NCBI RefSeq assembly: GCF_044239045.1
Contig: NZ_JBIICD010000008.1
Span: 8,311 to 72,310, forward strand
Origin: Sphingorhabdus sp.
GTDB taxonomy: Bacteria > Pseudomonadota > Alphaproteobacteria > Sphingomonadales > Sphingomonadaceae
DNA length: 64,000 nt
Reading direction: 5' to 3'
Position 1 is the first letter of the stretch; every line of letters begins with the position of its first letter. The position numbers and the translations under genes are program-made. Below the pieces are notes generated by a model. It ran no database searches. It was not told the DNA's origin and saw nothing but the letters and a program-made list of their open reading frames with translations. Shown here piece by piece: positions 1-10,723 of the stretch.

Positions 1-2
1 TT

Positions 3-617
3 GTCGGTCTGATGAGCTTCCTCATCGGCATCGTCATTGCGCAACAAGGCGCGGTGCAGCTGCGCCAATTTGGTGCGGAGGTTTTTACCATCAACCTGAT
101 TGGACGGCTTACACTGCGTGAACTCGGCATATTGATGACTGCGATCATGGTCGCTGGGCGGTCTGGATCTGCCTTTGCCGCACAGATCGGGACGATGAAG
201 ATTACCGAAGAAATTGACGCCATGCGCACAATCGGCGTTGTCCCTGTAGAAGCATTGGTCGTGCCGCGCGTAATCGCCGCGGTGGTCATGATGCCATTGC
301 TGGGTATTTTCGCTTCGTTAATGTCCATCATTGGCGGCGGATTATTGTGCTGGATTGTCTTGGACATACCCCCGGCGACCTTTGTGCAGCGACTGCGCGA
401 AGTAACGCCAATGACTGACTTTTGGGTTGGCATGATCAAGGCACCGGTCTTCGGCGCAATCATCGCTATGGCGGGCTGCTTTCAGGGGATGCAGGTGAAA
501 GGCAATGCCGAACAAGTCGGGTTAAGAACAACTGCAGCGGTGGTGCAGGCCATTTTCCTCGTTATCGTTCTCGACGCATTTTTTGCCGTGTTCTTTAGCG
601 AAATTGGTTGGGATTAA
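3..617 (+). CDS. mlaE: MlaE-family ABC transporter permease (5' truncated by window edge)
   Basis: RELG..MTAIMVAGRSGSAFAAQIGTMKITEEIDAMRT motif; first gene of an E-F-D-lipoprotein operon. Confidence 0.9.
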   Translation, partial: VGLMSFLIGIVIAQQGAVQLRQFGAEVFTINLIGRLTLRELGILMTAIMVAGRSGSAFAAQIGTMKITEEIDAMRTIGVVPVEALVVPRVIAAVVMMPLLGIFASLMSIIGGGLLCWIVLDIPPATFVQRLREVTPMTDFWVGMIKAPVFGAIIAMAGCFQGMQVKGNAEQVGLRTTAAVVQAIFLVIVLDAFFAVFFSEIGWD

Positions 618-620
618 GCG

Positions 621-1442
621 ATGAACGCACCCAACATCATCTCCGTGACTGGCCTGTGCAACAGCTTTGGCGACCAAGTCATCCATCAGGATCTCAACAT
701 CGAAGTGCGCCGCGGCGAGATATTGGGCGTCGTTGGCGGTTCTGGCACAGGTAAATCCGTGCTCATGCGGTCAATCATCGGCTTACAAAAACCCGATTCA
801 GGCGAAATCCGCGTCTTTGATGAAGGCATGATTGGCAAGGAAGAAGATCAAGCTACCGACGTCCGGCGACGCTGGGGCGTCTTGTTTCAGGGTGGCGCAT
901 TGTTTTCGACCTTAACCGTCGCGGAAAATGTGCAGGTGCCCTTGCGCGAATTTTATCCGGATTTCAGTCAAGAGCTGCTCGACGAAATCGCCCGCTACAA
1001 AATATTCTTAAGCGGCCTTCCGCCAGAAGCGGCGCATAAATATCCATCCGAGCTATCGGGTGGAATGCGCAAGCGTGCGGGTGTGGCACGGGCATTGGCG
1101 ATGGATCCGGAATTGTTGTTTCTGGATGAACCGACCGCTGGACTTGACCCCATTGGCGCCGCCAAATTCGACAATCTAACACGCGATTTGAAAGAGACGC
1201 TTGGACTAACCGTCTTTTTGATTACGCATGATTTGGATACGCTCTATTCCATTTGTGACCGCGTGGCCGTTTTGGCCGATCGGAAAGTTATAGCCATCGG
1301 TGCGATTGAAGAATTACTGGCTATCGACCACCCGTGGATCAACGATTATTTCAGCGGCCCACGCGGTCGCGCGGCACGGCGCGGTCACAGCGACCAAGGC
1401 GATTCCGCCCGTGCAAAGACGCAGCAGCTAGGAAGGTCATAA
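621..1442 (+). CDS. mlaF: MlaF-family ABC transporter ATP-binding protein
   Basis: Walker A GGSGTGKS, signature LSGGM, Walker B LLFLDEPT, LFQGGALF motif. Confidence 0.92.
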   Translation: MNAPNIISVTGLCNSFGDQVIHQDLNIEVRRGEILGVVGGSGTGKSVLMRSIIGLQKPDSGEIRVFDEGMIGKEEDQATDVRRRWGVLFQGGALFSTLTVAENVQVPLREFYPDFSQELLDEIARYKIFLSGLPPEAAHKYPSELSGGMRKRAGVARALAMDPELLFLDEPTAGLDPIGAAKFDNLTRDLKETLGLTVFLITHDLDTLYSICDRVAVLADRKVIAIGAIEELLAIDHPWINDYFSGPRGRAARRGHSDQGDSARAKTQQLGRS

Positions 1443-1451
1443 GGCATTAAG

Positions 1452-2432
1452 ATGGAAACCAAATCCAATTATGTGATGGTGGGCGCTGTCACGCTTCTTC
1501 TTATCACGCTGCTGGCGGCCTTCACCGTTTGGCTTTCGCGGACAAGTGACGGCGACAGAAAAGAATATGACATATTCTTTCAACAATCGGTCAATGGCTT
1601 GGCCAAGGGCTCGGGCGTATCCTTTTCTGGCGTTCCAGTGGGCCAAATTGAAAGCATCGAATTATGGGAGCCCGATCCAGAATTCGTTCGGGTGCGCATC
1701 AGTATCAAGGATACGGTGCCCATACTTTTGGGTACGACTGCGACAATCAATGGTGTTGGTTTCACCGGTGTCTCGGAGATTCAGCTGGATGGTGCGGTTA
1801 AAGACGCACCTGCACTGGATTGCCCTAAAGTGAAACCGCAGACCGCATGCCCGACAGGCGTGCCTGTCATTCCGACAAAGCCCGGCGCTTTGGGTGAGCT
1901 GCTCAATAACGCGCCTTTGCTTTTGGAACGGCTGTCGACTTTGACTGAACGGCTGACCAACATATTGTCCGACAAGAATCAACAGTCCATCGAACAGATT
2001 TTGGACAATGTGGAAAGCCTTTCGGGATCATTGGCAACGCAAGGACCCGACTTGCGTGCAGCCATACAGGAATCGCGCATTGCCTTGCAAAAGGCAGGTC
2101 TGGCTGCGGATGAGATTACCAAAATGGCAGGCGCGACCAATAAGCTACTCGACAGCGACGGTCGCCCGATGCTGGATGAATTGCGCAAAACGCTGCGATC
2201 CGCAAATGGCAGTCTGGCTGCTTTGGAAACTACTTTGAACAATGCGAATCCGGCGATTGAAACTTTAAATTCCCAGACTTTGCCTGAAGTGACGCAACTG
2301 GCCCGCGACTTGAGAGACCTGTCGACATCGTTAAAGTCGGTGACCGAGAAAGTGGATCAAGGCGGCATAAGCAGTGTCGTCGGCGCGCCCGCCTTACCCG
2401 ATTATAAACCCGGCAGCAGGAACCCAAAATGA
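1452..2432 (+). CDS. mlaD: MlaD/MCE family protein with helical C-terminal extension
   Basis: METKSNYVMVG N-terminal anchor; MCE domain (GLAKGSGVSFSGVPVGQI). Confidence 0.9.
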   Translation: METKSNYVMVGAVTLLLITLLAAFTVWLSRTSDGDRKEYDIFFQQSVNGLAKGSGVSFSGVPVGQIESIELWEPDPEFVRVRISIKDTVPILLGTTATINGVGFTGVSEIQLDGAVKDAPALDCPKVKPQTACPTGVPVIPTKPGALGELLNNAPLLLERLSTLTERLTNILSDKNQQSIEQILDNVESLSGSLATQGPDLRAAIQESRIALQKAGLAADEITKMAGATNKLLDSDGRPMLDELRKTLRSANGSLAALETTLNNANPAIETLNSQTLPEVTQLARDLRDLSTSLKSVTEKVDQGGISSVVGAPALPDYKPGSRNPK

Positions 2433-3025
2433 TGTTCAGCAAAATCTCCGGATCGCGCTTATGTGCGTTACCTCTCATCATGGCCCTTGGCGCGTGCGTA
2501 AGCTTCGGTGGTAAGGCGCCAGTCTCCATGCTCGTCCTGACAGCTGACAATACCGTGGCAGCCGGTGTCGCGCGAACAGCGACAGCGAAAGACATATTGG
2601 TAATCCAGATGCCACAAGTCCCGCGCAAGCTGGATCATAATCGGGTGCCAGTGCAGATTGATCCCAGCAGCATTGCCTATCTCAAAGACGCATTTTGGGC
2701 GGATAAACCCGCCCGTTTGATGCAGAGCTTACTCGTCGAAACCGTTTCGGCAAAGAGCGGGAACTTAGTGCTGAACGAAGCCGACGCAGGCGGCAAGGCC
2801 GTGCGCTTTTTATCGGGAAGCCTGCTAGAATTTGGCATCGATGCGGAAACGAGCGAAGCTGTAGTCGTCTATGACGCGGTCAAAATCATTCGCGGAAGTG
2901 CGACCGAAAAGCGCCGGTTTGAGGCGCGCCGTCCCGTATCCGCGATTGCACCCGTATCGGCAGGCGCGGCGTTAAATGCCGCCGCAAACGACGTTGCGGG
3001 TCAGATCGCCGACTGGGTAGGCTAA
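2429..3025 (+). CDS. ABC-type transport auxiliary lipoprotein (PqiC-like)
   Basis: Lipobox LGAC; AFWADKPARL motif; position after MlaD. Confidence 0.8.
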   Translation: MMFSKISGSRLCALPLIMALGACVSFGGKAPVSMLVLTADNTVAAGVARTATAKDILVIQMPQVPRKLDHNRVPVQIDPSSIAYLKDAFWADKPARLMQSLLVETVSAKSGNLVLNEADAGGKAVRFLSGSLLEFGIDAETSEAVVVYDAVKIIRGSATEKRRFEARRPVSAIAPVSAGAALNAAANDVAGQIADWVG

Positions 3026-4080
3026 AGACCGAAACCCTCCGGCTGCGGCCAACCTTGGGCATAAGCGGCCAATGTCTTGAATAAGGCCCCCATGGCGTCA
3101 GGCTCTACCAGCCGTTGACGCGCCGCGTTTATGTCTGCAGCTCTGTCGGGGTTGGACGCAGCCAAATGTTGCGCACGCTGCTCAATGCCCAGACCCAAAA
3201 GCCATGCACCTTGGTCACTTGGTCCAGCCGTCAAAAGACCACTATTTTTCGCGCAGGTCGCCAATTCAAAAAAGTCGACATGCGCCGTCAAATCCAGCTG
3301 TCCCGGATTGGTAAACGGGTCGGCATAATTGTGGCTCTGGACCGCTTGTAACGTGTTGCCCAACGCAGGCTGTGTATAGCCATAGTCGATGACCAACATC
3401 ACCCCGCCCTGCTTTACCAGCCGTGCCGAAAGCTGCTGCATGATCGACGATGCATCAGGACAGATTTCATAAATACTGCCCATGGCGGCCGTGCGAAAAT
3501 GTGCGGGAATGAGGTCATCAGCCGAGGACGCGCCGGGCACAGCCGCAAAACCCGATTCACTATCCCGCACAACGACCCGTTCCCGCCAGCCAGATTGTGT
3601 CGCAACCATCTGTCGAACCGGTAAGGCGTCGAAAAACTCGTTTGCCACAATGCACAAAGGCGCATCGGTCGGAAGACTATCCAGATTGTCATGGAATGTC
3701 GCGTCTGGCACTGCCTGCAACTGCTTGGCGCGTAATGCCGGGCTGTTTTCCACGAAATGGACCGATGGTTCCCATCCAAAACGCTTCATTGTTCTGAGCG
3801 CGTCTGCTGCCAAAGTTCCCCGGCCAGGGCCAAGCTCCACATAATGGCAAGTGGCCGGACGATGGCGTAACCAGATATCGCTCAACCAAATGCCCACCAT
3901 CTCGCCAAACATCTGGCTGATTTCTGGCGCAGTGATGAAATCACCTTCTGCGCCCAGCGGGTCAGCGCGACCATAATATGCGGTGTTGGCCACACGCATA
4001 TATTCGGCAACGCTGATGGGTCCTGATGCCTCTATCTGCTGCGCTAGACGGACTGCAACTTGCGCGCTGTCAGGTGACAC
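3022..4080 (-). CDS. SAM-dependent methyltransferase, MidA/NDUFAF7 family
   Basis: DFITAPEISQMFGE, ELGPGRG, ANEFFDALP, DLTAHVDF motifs; GTG start at 4080 overlaps the lgt end (track start 4149 looks too long). Confidence 0.9.
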   Translation of the reverse strand: MSPDSAQVAVRLAQQIEASGPISVAEYMRVANTAYYGRADPLGAEGDFITAPEISQMFGEMVGIWLSDIWLRHRPATCHYVELGPGRGTLAADALRTMKRFGWEPSVHFVENSPALRAKQLQAVPDATFHDNLDSLPTDAPLCIVANEFFDALPVRQMVATQSGWRERVVVRDSESGFAAVPGASSADDLIPAHFRTAAMGSIYEICPDASSIMQQLSARLVKQGGVMLVIDYGYTQPALGNTLQAVQSHNYADPFTNPGQLDLTAHVDFFELATCAKNSGLLTAGPSDQGAWLLGLGIEQRAQHLAASNPDRAADINAARQRLVEPDAMGALFKTLAAYAQGWPQPEGFGL

Positions 4081-4936
4081 TATTACTGCCGGACATGGCC
4101 TCGGCGCGCTGCTTGCGGGCACCTGCGGTGAATACCAAGAACAGTCCAACCAATATCATCGGAGCGGTGAGCCACTGCCCCATGGTCAGGCCGCTTGTTT
4201 CCACCAGCCACTGCAACTGTAGGTCAGGTTCCCTGACAAACTCGATGGAAAAACGGGCTGTGCCATAAATGATTGCCGCCATACCTGTCAGGAGCCCGGG
4301 CCGATACCGCGCAGTGGTTTTCCAGAATAATGGCCACAATATTGCGGCCATCAACAGCCCTTCAAACACAGCTTCATACAGCTGGCTTGGATGGCGCGGC
4401 AAATCACCGCCATTGGGAAACACAATCGCCCATGGCACGTCGGTGACGCGGCCCCAAAGTTCATCATTCACAAAGTTCGCCAGGCGGACGAGAAATATCC
4501 CAAAAGGCACGACGCAGGCAACATAATCGCAGACCCGCAAGAAAGAGAGCTTATGCTTGCGCGCCAAAAGCCAGATCGAAAATATGATACCAATCGCGCC
4601 GCCATGGAATGACATCCCGCCTTCCCAAAGTTTGAAGATGTCCATAGGATTCTGCAAAATGGAGGGTTGGTAGAATAAAATATACCCAATCCGTCCACCC
4701 AAAATAATACCTAAGGTGGTATATAAGATTATGTCATCGGCTTGCTCGCGTGACATGGGCGCACCGGGACGTGCGAGCAATTTCAACAACATCCAATAGC
4801 CGAGCAAGATGCCGACCAAATATCCAAGCGAATACCAACGGATTTGGAAGAAGCCCAAATCGAGCGCAACGGGACCTACGCCAAGGCCCGTAAACTGAAT
4901 AAAACCGGCAGCGGTTGAAATAATCTCGAATGACAC
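4070..4936 (-). CDS. lgt: Prolipoprotein diacylglyceryl transferase
   Basis: IRWYSL, GGRIGY, GGMSFHGG, RLANF, RHPSQLYE signature motifs. Confidence 0.97.
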   Translation of the reverse strand: MSFEIISTAAGFIQFTGLGVGPVALDLGFFQIRWYSLGYLVGILLGYWMLLKLLARPGAPMSREQADDIILYTTLGIILGGRIGYILFYQPSILQNPMDIFKLWEGGMSFHGGAIGIIFSIWLLARKHKLSFLRVCDYVACVVPFGIFLVRLANFVNDELWGRVTDVPWAIVFPNGGDLPRHPSQLYEAVFEGLLMAAILWPLFWKTTARYRPGLLTGMAAIIYGTARFSIEFVREPDLQLQWLVETSGLTMGQWLTAPMILVGLFLVFTAGARKQRAEAMSGSNSVT

Positions 4937-5011
4937 AATATTTCCTCAGGATCTTTTGACATTCCTATAGAGCCAAATAGAAGTCGCACAAAGAGTTTAG
5001 GAGAGAATCAC

Positions 5012-6709
5012 ATGCCGTCGCAGTTGGACCTTGCAATCGATGCCACCATTAACCGGCTCATGGCCGATGATGGACCCTTAGCCGTTACCTATGCCGAGAA
5101 AAACGGTGTTCAAATGCCCGTTTTCGCCAAAGCACCGGGTAACATGGCCGACTATTTCGCATTTTTCTGTGCGACCCATGCGGACAAGGAATTTTTGGTC
5201 GATGGCGATATCCGCTTAAGTTTCGCAGAAACCTATGGTGCGGCGCGCGCTTTGGCTGGTGGTCTTGTAGAAGGCTACAAGCTGCAAAAGGGTGAGCGCG
5301 TCGGCATTGCGGCGCGTAATTCCGCCAATTGGATCGTTGCCTATATGGCGATTGTGATGGCCGGCGGCGTTGCAACGTTGCTCAATGGCTGGTGGCAAGG
5401 TGGAGAATTGGCAGAAGGCATTCGCATGGTTGGCTGCCGCTTTGTTCTCGCCGATGAACAGCGTGCCGCGCGGATGGCTGGACAAGATATTGGTGGGTGT
5501 GAACTGCTCATCATCAACCATGATTCCAAACCCTTGGATGGCTTATCGGTGATGACCGCTAAGGGTGGCGGCGCGGCGACAGCGCTGCCAACCATCGATC
5601 CACTCGATAACGCGACGATTTTATACACCTCTGGATCAACCGGACAGTCGAAGGGTGCGGTGTCAGACCATCGCGCTGTCGTCCAAGGCGCAATGAGCTA
5701 TGTCGGTCAAACGCTTGTCTTTTTTGAGCTTATGTCCGCCAGTGGCCAGTCGATGCCGGCCCAGCCTTCAGCGCTCGTCAATGTGCCCTTGTTCCACGTT
5801 ACTGCGTCGATACCTTTGGTGCTGCAAAGCTTCGCCATTGGCCGCAAGCTCGTTTTGATGCCCAAATGGGACGCAGAAGAAGCGATGCGGATTATCGAAA
5901 AAGAACGCATCACATATTTCGTGGGCGTTCCGTTGATGAGCATTGAGCTTGCAACGCACCCGGCCCGACACAAATATGATTTAACAAGCTGCACCGCATT
6001 TGCCGCCGGCGGCGCGCCACGCCCTGTCGAGCATGTCAAAAAAATCCGCAAGGAAATGAGCTGGGGTTATCCATTATTGGGCTACGGCCTTACTGAAACC
6101 AACGGCGTTGGCTGCGGCAATTTCACCGACAATTATCTAGAAAAGCCAACCAGCACGGGCCCTGCGACCAAGCCACTTGTCGAGGTCCAAATGCTGGACG
6201 ATGATGGCAATGTATTGCCGCAGGGTGAACGCGGCGAAGTGGGCATTCGGACGATTGCCAATTTCAATGGCTATTGGAATAACGAAGATGCCACGCGTGA
6301 TGCCTTCACCGCCGATGGATTTTTCCGGACCGGCGACATCGGCTATCTCGACGAAGATGGCTATTTGTTTATCGTCGATCGAAAGAAAGATATCATCATC
6401 CGGGGCGGCGAGAATATCAGTTGCCCAGAGGTCGAAGCTGCGGCCTATGAACATGACTCGATAGTCGAATTGTCTGTCTTTGGTATCGCTGATGACAAAT
6501 ATGGTGAGGTTCCGGGCATTGTCTATCAGACAAAGGAAGGCGTCACGCTAACCGCGGATGAATTGAAAGCGTTTTTGGCACCCCGTCTTGCACCATACAA
6601 AATTCCTGTACATTTCTGGCAAGTGGCCGAACCACTTCCCCGTCTGGGGACACAGAAAATCGACCGGGTGACGCTGCGACGCGAATATAATGCCAAGATA
6701 TCTGCTTAA
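5012..6709 (+). CDS. Long-chain fatty acyl-CoA synthetase (class I adenylate-forming enzyme)
   Basis: YTSGSTGQSKG P-loop, GYGLTE, FRTGDIG, terminal GTQK. Confidence 0.9.
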   Translation: MPSQLDLAIDATINRLMADDGPLAVTYAEKNGVQMPVFAKAPGNMADYFAFFCATHADKEFLVDGDIRLSFAETYGAARALAGGLVEGYKLQKGERVGIAARNSANWIVAYMAIVMAGGVATLLNGWWQGGELAEGIRMVGCRFVLADEQRAARMAGQDIGGCELLIINHDSKPLDGLSVMTAKGGGAATALPTIDPLDNATILYTSGSTGQSKGAVSDHRAVVQGAMSYVGQTLVFFELMSASGQSMPAQPSALVNVPLFHVTASIPLVLQSFAIGRKLVLMPKWDAEEAMRIIEKERITYFVGVPLMSIELATHPARHKYDLTSCTAFAAGGAPRPVEHVKKIRKEMSWGYPLLGYGLTETNGVGCGNFTDNYLEKPTSTGPATKPLVEVQMLDDDGNVLPQGERGEVGIRTIANFNGYWNNEDATRDAFTADGFFRTGDIGYLDEDGYLFIVDRKKDIIIRGGENISCPEVEAAAYEHDSIVELSVFGIADDKYGEVPGIVYQTKEGVTLTADELKAFLAPRLAPYKIPVHFWQVAEPLPRLGTQKIDRVTLRREYNAKISA

Positions 6710-6743
6710 TACTGACATGATGCCGGATCGCGACTAAGGTCGC

Positions 6744-9506
6744 GTGATGGCATCAACAGTAGAACGGATATTCAAGCAGCGCGACATTATCGACCGGAGC
6801 GTGCTGGCCGAGAAAATTGACGGCATTGTTCACGCATGTGGAGCCGAAGCACGCCGTCCACACGTCGTAGAGATATTGCAAACGGCACTGGCCAACGGTC
6901 GGACCGAAATTCAACGACGCCTCAATGCTGCGCCGTCGCAAGGCTATCGTGCGTCTGCGGAGCAAGCATTTCTTGTCGATCAAATCGTCCGGCTTATCTA
7001 CGATTATGTCACTGTTCATGCTTATCCCGCTGCCAATCGCTCGGCATCCGAAAGGATCGCGGTTCTGGCTGTCGGTGGATATGGTCGCGGGGAAATGGCG
7101 CCACATAGCGACGTGGATATTGGCTTTGTAACGCCCTTCAAGCGCAGCTCTTGGACCGAGCAGGTCGTCGAAGCGATCCTCTATTTGCTCTGGGATCTTG
7201 GGTTGAAGGTTGGTCAATCAAGCAGATCCCTCGATGAAACGGTAAAGATGGCGCAAGAGGATTTAACCATTCGTACCGCGTTGCTGGAAAGCAGGTTTGT
7301 GTGGGGCGATCGCGGCGTTTACGAAGAGGTTTCACTACGTTTTTGGAATGAAGTTGTCGCAAACACGGCATCAGACTTTGTCCGCCTAAAAATGATTGAA
7401 CGCGACGATCGGCATCGACGCATGGGTGACAGCCGATATGTGGTCGAACCCAATATCAAAGATGGCAAAGGCGGGCTTCGCGACCTCCACACACTCTACT
7501 GGATTGGGAAATATATCCATAAAGTGTCAGCCGTGTCCGAACTTGTCGATGTTGGCCTGCTCACAATCGATGAATATAATCGTTTTAGAAAAGCCGAGAA
7601 TTTCTTGTGGTCCGTGCGTTGTCATATGCACAATATCACCGGACGCGGGGAAGACCGTCTGACATTTGATCTGCAACGCGAAGTAGCAGAGCTTATGCAA
7701 TTTGCCGATCGCCCCGGCCGCTCAGCGGTTGAAAGGTTCATGCATTTTTACTTTTTGAACGCAAAAACGGTTGGCGATGTGACGGGACTTTTCCTGGCGC
7801 ATTTGGATGAAGCTATGGCCCAAAAAGGCCGTCGATTTTTACCCAGCTTTGGCCGGAAGCCAAGAAAGCTCAACGGCTTTCAATTGGATCGTGGTCGCCT
7901 TGCGTTACCAGATGATGGCTTTTTTGCGCAAGACCCCGTGCGCTTGCTCGAGATATTTCATTTGGCGGACCTGCATGAATTGGAAATTCACCCGCTGGCG
8001 ATGCGTGCCGCCCAAAGGGATGCCCGGCTGATCGACAAAGTATTGCGGCGCGACCCCAGAGCCAACGCCCTTTTCCTCGAAATATTAACATCGCCGCGCG
8101 ACCCGGAAACGGTGTTGCGCTGGATGAATGAATCTACCGTTTTTGGGCGATTTATACCGGATTTCCGTCGCGTCGTAGCGCAGATGCAGTTCGACATGTA
8201 CCACCATTACACGGTCGATGAACATTCGATCCGCGCCATTGGTTTGCTGGCCGATATCAACCGCGGAAAGCTCAAAAAAGATCACCCATTATCTACCGCG
8301 ATGGTGCAACAGATTGTCAGCAAGCGGGTATTGTTTGTGGCAACCTTGCTCCATGATATTGCGAAGGGGCGTGGCGGCGACCATAGTGTGTTGGGCGCGG
8401 AGATTGCCGAAACCTTATGCCCGCGGCTCGGCCTTTCACCAGCCGAAACGGAAACCGTTGCGTGGCTCGTCCGTTATCATTTGTTGATGTCGGCCACTGC
8501 GTTCAAGCGGGACTTGGCAGATTTCAAGACCATCCTGGATTTTGCCCAGGCGGTACAGTCGCCCGAGCGGTTGAAGCTGCTATTGGTCTTAACCGTCGTT
8601 GATATCCGCGCGGTTGGACCAGGCGTTTGGAACAGTTGGAAACGACAGCTTTTGTCGGACCTGTTTGAAGCGACAGAAGAAGTGCTGCGCTTGGGACACA
8701 AACAACGCGGCCGGGATGAGAGGATCACCTCGAAAAAGGCGCAGCTGGAGTCCACGTTGCAACTACCGCCCGATAGCTTCGCGGCTTTTGCCAAAACGCT
8801 TCCTGACGCTTATTGGATCGCCGAACCAGACGACATCATTGAACGCAACGCCCAGCATCTTCTTTCCAATGCCGGTACAGAACTTGCCATTGATGCCTGT
8901 TTCTATCCTGATCGTGGGGCAACGCTCGTCACGGTTTTTGCGGCCGACCATCCAGGATTATTTTACCGCATAGCGGGCGCCATTCACCTAGCGGGCGGCA
9001 ATATTATCGATGCGCGGATTCACACCAGCAGTGACGGCATGGCGGTCGACAATTTCCTGATCCAGGACCCGCTGGGTCGTCCGTTCCAGGAGCAAAGTCA
9101 GTTAAACCGCCTCAAGCGCAACATTGAAGAGGCGCTCACCAATCGCGCACGTTTGATGACACAACTGGACGCAAAGCCAAAAGCACTGCGCCGGGCTGAC
9201 GCCTTTAAAATCGCGCCATCGGTGTTGATTGATAATCAAGCATCTAACAGGTTTACAGTGATTGAAGTGAATGCGCTGGATCGCCCCGCCTTGCTTAACA
9301 ATTTGGCGCTCGCGCTGTTTGAATCCAAAGTCACATTGCACAGTGCGCATATCGCCACTTACGGGGAACGCGCCGTCGACACATTTTATGTGACGGATTT
9401 ATTCGGCGGCAAAATCGAAAACAAAAACAAGTTAAAGGCACTTGAAGCGAGGCTTTTGGAATCCGCCGCAGTAAAGGCGCGAGCAAAGCCAAAGGTCGCA
9501 GCCTAA
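6744..9506 (+). CDS. glnD: [Protein-PII] uridylyltransferase / uridylyl-removing enzyme
   Basis: AVGGYGRGE..P.SDVD nucleotidyltransferase, EPNIKDGKGGLRD, HHYTVDEH, HD domain (LLHDIAKG), two C-terminal ACT domains. Confidence 0.97.
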   Translation: MMASTVERIFKQRDIIDRSVLAEKIDGIVHACGAEARRPHVVEILQTALANGRTEIQRRLNAAPSQGYRASAEQAFLVDQIVRLIYDYVTVHAYPAANRSASERIAVLAVGGYGRGEMAPHSDVDIGFVTPFKRSSWTEQVVEAILYLLWDLGLKVGQSSRSLDETVKMAQEDLTIRTALLESRFVWGDRGVYEEVSLRFWNEVVANTASDFVRLKMIERDDRHRRMGDSRYVVEPNIKDGKGGLRDLHTLYWIGKYIHKVSAVSELVDVGLLTIDEYNRFRKAENFLWSVRCHMHNITGRGEDRLTFDLQREVAELMQFADRPGRSAVERFMHFYFLNAKTVGDVTGLFLAHLDEAMAQKGRRFLPSFGRKPRKLNGFQLDRGRLALPDDGFFAQDPVRLLEIFHLADLHELEIHPLAMRAAQRDARLIDKVLRRDPRANALFLEILTSPRDPETVLRWMNESTVFGRFIPDFRRVVAQMQFDMYHHYTVDEHSIRAIGLLADINRGKLKKDHPLSTAMVQQIVSKRVLFVATLLHDIAKGRGGDHSVLGAEIAETLCPRLGLSPAETETVAWLVRYHLLMSATAFKRDLADFKTILDFAQAVQSPERLKLLLVLTVVDIRAVGPGVWNSWKRQLLSDLFEATEEVLRLGHKQRGRDERITSKKAQLESTLQLPPDSFAAFAKTLPDAYWIAEPDDIIERNAQHLLSNAGTELAIDACFYPDRGATLVTVFAADHPGLFYRIAGAIHLAGGNIIDARIHTSSDGMAVDNFLIQDPLGRPFQEQSQLNRLKRNIEEALTNRARLMTQLDAKPKALRRADAFKIAPSVLIDNQASNRFTVIEVNALDRPALLNNLALALFESKVTLHSAHIATYGERAVDTFYVTDLFGGKIENKNKLKALEARLLESAAVKARAKPKVAA

Positions 9507-9544
9507 AGTTTGAGCCCCACCTGTGAGGTCGCACACAGGGGGTC

Positions 9545-9577
9545 AAAAAAAAGGCCGGTCTTTCGACCAGCCTTTCT
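9545..9577 (-). terminator. Intrinsic terminator of ompA (a second hairpin lies at 9515-9542)
   Basis: Minus strand AAAGGCTGGTC-GAAA-GACCGGCC-T8, between convergent glnD and ompA. Confidence 0.8.
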
Positions 9578-9601
9578 TTTAACCTGAAATCAGATTGGGA
9601 A

Positions 9602-10723
9602 TTACATTCCCGAACCTGGACCATAGGTGACTTCCACGCGACGGTTTTGCGGTTCACGCTCACCATCTGCAGTTTGTACCAATGGTGCAGTTTCACCGAA
9701 TGCTTCGCTGGCAATCGCGCCAGCTGATACGCCCTTGGACTCAAGATACGTACGAACGGTATCGTTACGACGCTGTGAGAGGCCAACATTGTACTTTGCA
9801 GCACCCGACTTATCGGCGTGACCTGCAAGCATAACCTTCGCACTGCCACAGTTCGAATATTGCGCAACGGCATTATCGAGAACCGAAGCCGCGTCTGGAC
9901 GCAGGTTCGATTTATCCCAATCGAAGAACACGATATAAGGACCCGTGTTGCACACTGGCGCAGGTGGCGGTGGTGGCGGTGGTGGGGGTGGTGCCACATA
10001 AGGTGGCGGTGGTGGTGGTGGTGCCACTTCAACAGGCGCAGGTGCACCGCCGAAGTTATAAACAAAGCTACCCATCACGCTGTGCGAACGGAAGCGTGTC
10101 TCTACGGCACGGCCAAGACGATCAACAAGACCGACCTTATCCGCGTTGAAGAAACGATACTTCAGGCCCACATCCCAGTTGTCGCTCAATGGCGCACGAA
10201 CGCCAGCAAGTGCCTGCCATGCAAGACCCGTATCGGAGTCATCGAGGAATGAAGGTGCTGCTAAAGTGGTTTGCGCGTCTACACGAGCAACACCAACGCC
10301 GCCACCAACAAAGCCCTGAAGGCCGTCGTCATCACCGAAATCAAACATCGCATTGACCATGAAGCTCAATGCATTTGCATCACCAGCTACGGCGTAGTTA
10401 CCGCCAGCTACCAAAGTCGTGGCCGTGCCCCGTGTGATCTGAGGTGCGGAGCTGTTGAAACCAGACACATTCGCTTTACGGTATGAGACTTCTGATTCGA
10501 GACGGAAACCGCCAAAATCATATCCGACTACGCCGCCGAAATCATAACCCTTGTCTGTGTCTACTGTTGCCGCATTTTTCTGGGCACCAATATCCAAAGC
10601 AAGGTCTTCTACTATCATGGCACCGCCATCAACTCCGACATACCACTGGTTATCGCGGGCCAAAGCCGGTGACGCCAGAGCAGTAGAAGCGAGTGCCAAA
10701 CTTATGGCTAACTTACGCATCAA
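9602..10723 (-). CDS. ompA: OmpA family protein (beta-barrel, polyproline hinge, peptidoglycan-binding domain)
   Basis: Signal peptide ending ALA, alternating beta-strands, Pro-rich linker, GHAD...YNVGLSQRR, QNRRVE. Confidence 0.93.
   Translation of the reverse strand: MMRKLAISLALASTALASPALARDNQWYVGVDGGAMIVEDLALDIGAQKNAATVDTDKGYDFGGVVGYDFGGFRLESEVSYRKANVSGFNSSAPQITRGTATTLVAGGNYAVAGDANALSFMVNAMFDFGDDDGLQGFVGGGVGVARVDAQTTLAAPSFLDDSDTGLAWQALAGVRAPLSDNWDVGLKYRFFNADKVGLVDRLGRAVETRFRSHSVMGSFVYNFGGAPAPVEVAPPPPPPPYVAPPPPPPPPPPAPVCNTGPYIVFFDWDKSNLRPDAASVLDNAVAQYSNCGSAKVMLAGHADKSGAAKYNVGLSQRRNDTVRTYLESKGVSAGAIASEAFGETAPLVQTADGEREPQNRRVEVTYGPGSGM
9958..10030. repeat. (GGT/GGC)n low-complexity repeat encoding OmpA polyproline runs
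   Basis: Encodes APPPPPPPYVAPPPPPPPPPPAP on the minus strand. Confidence 0.85.

Noticed and set aside
9331-10065. 244-aa ORF containing HHHHHRH runs
   Set aside because: Alternate frame of the ompA polyproline repeat; not a His-rich protein.
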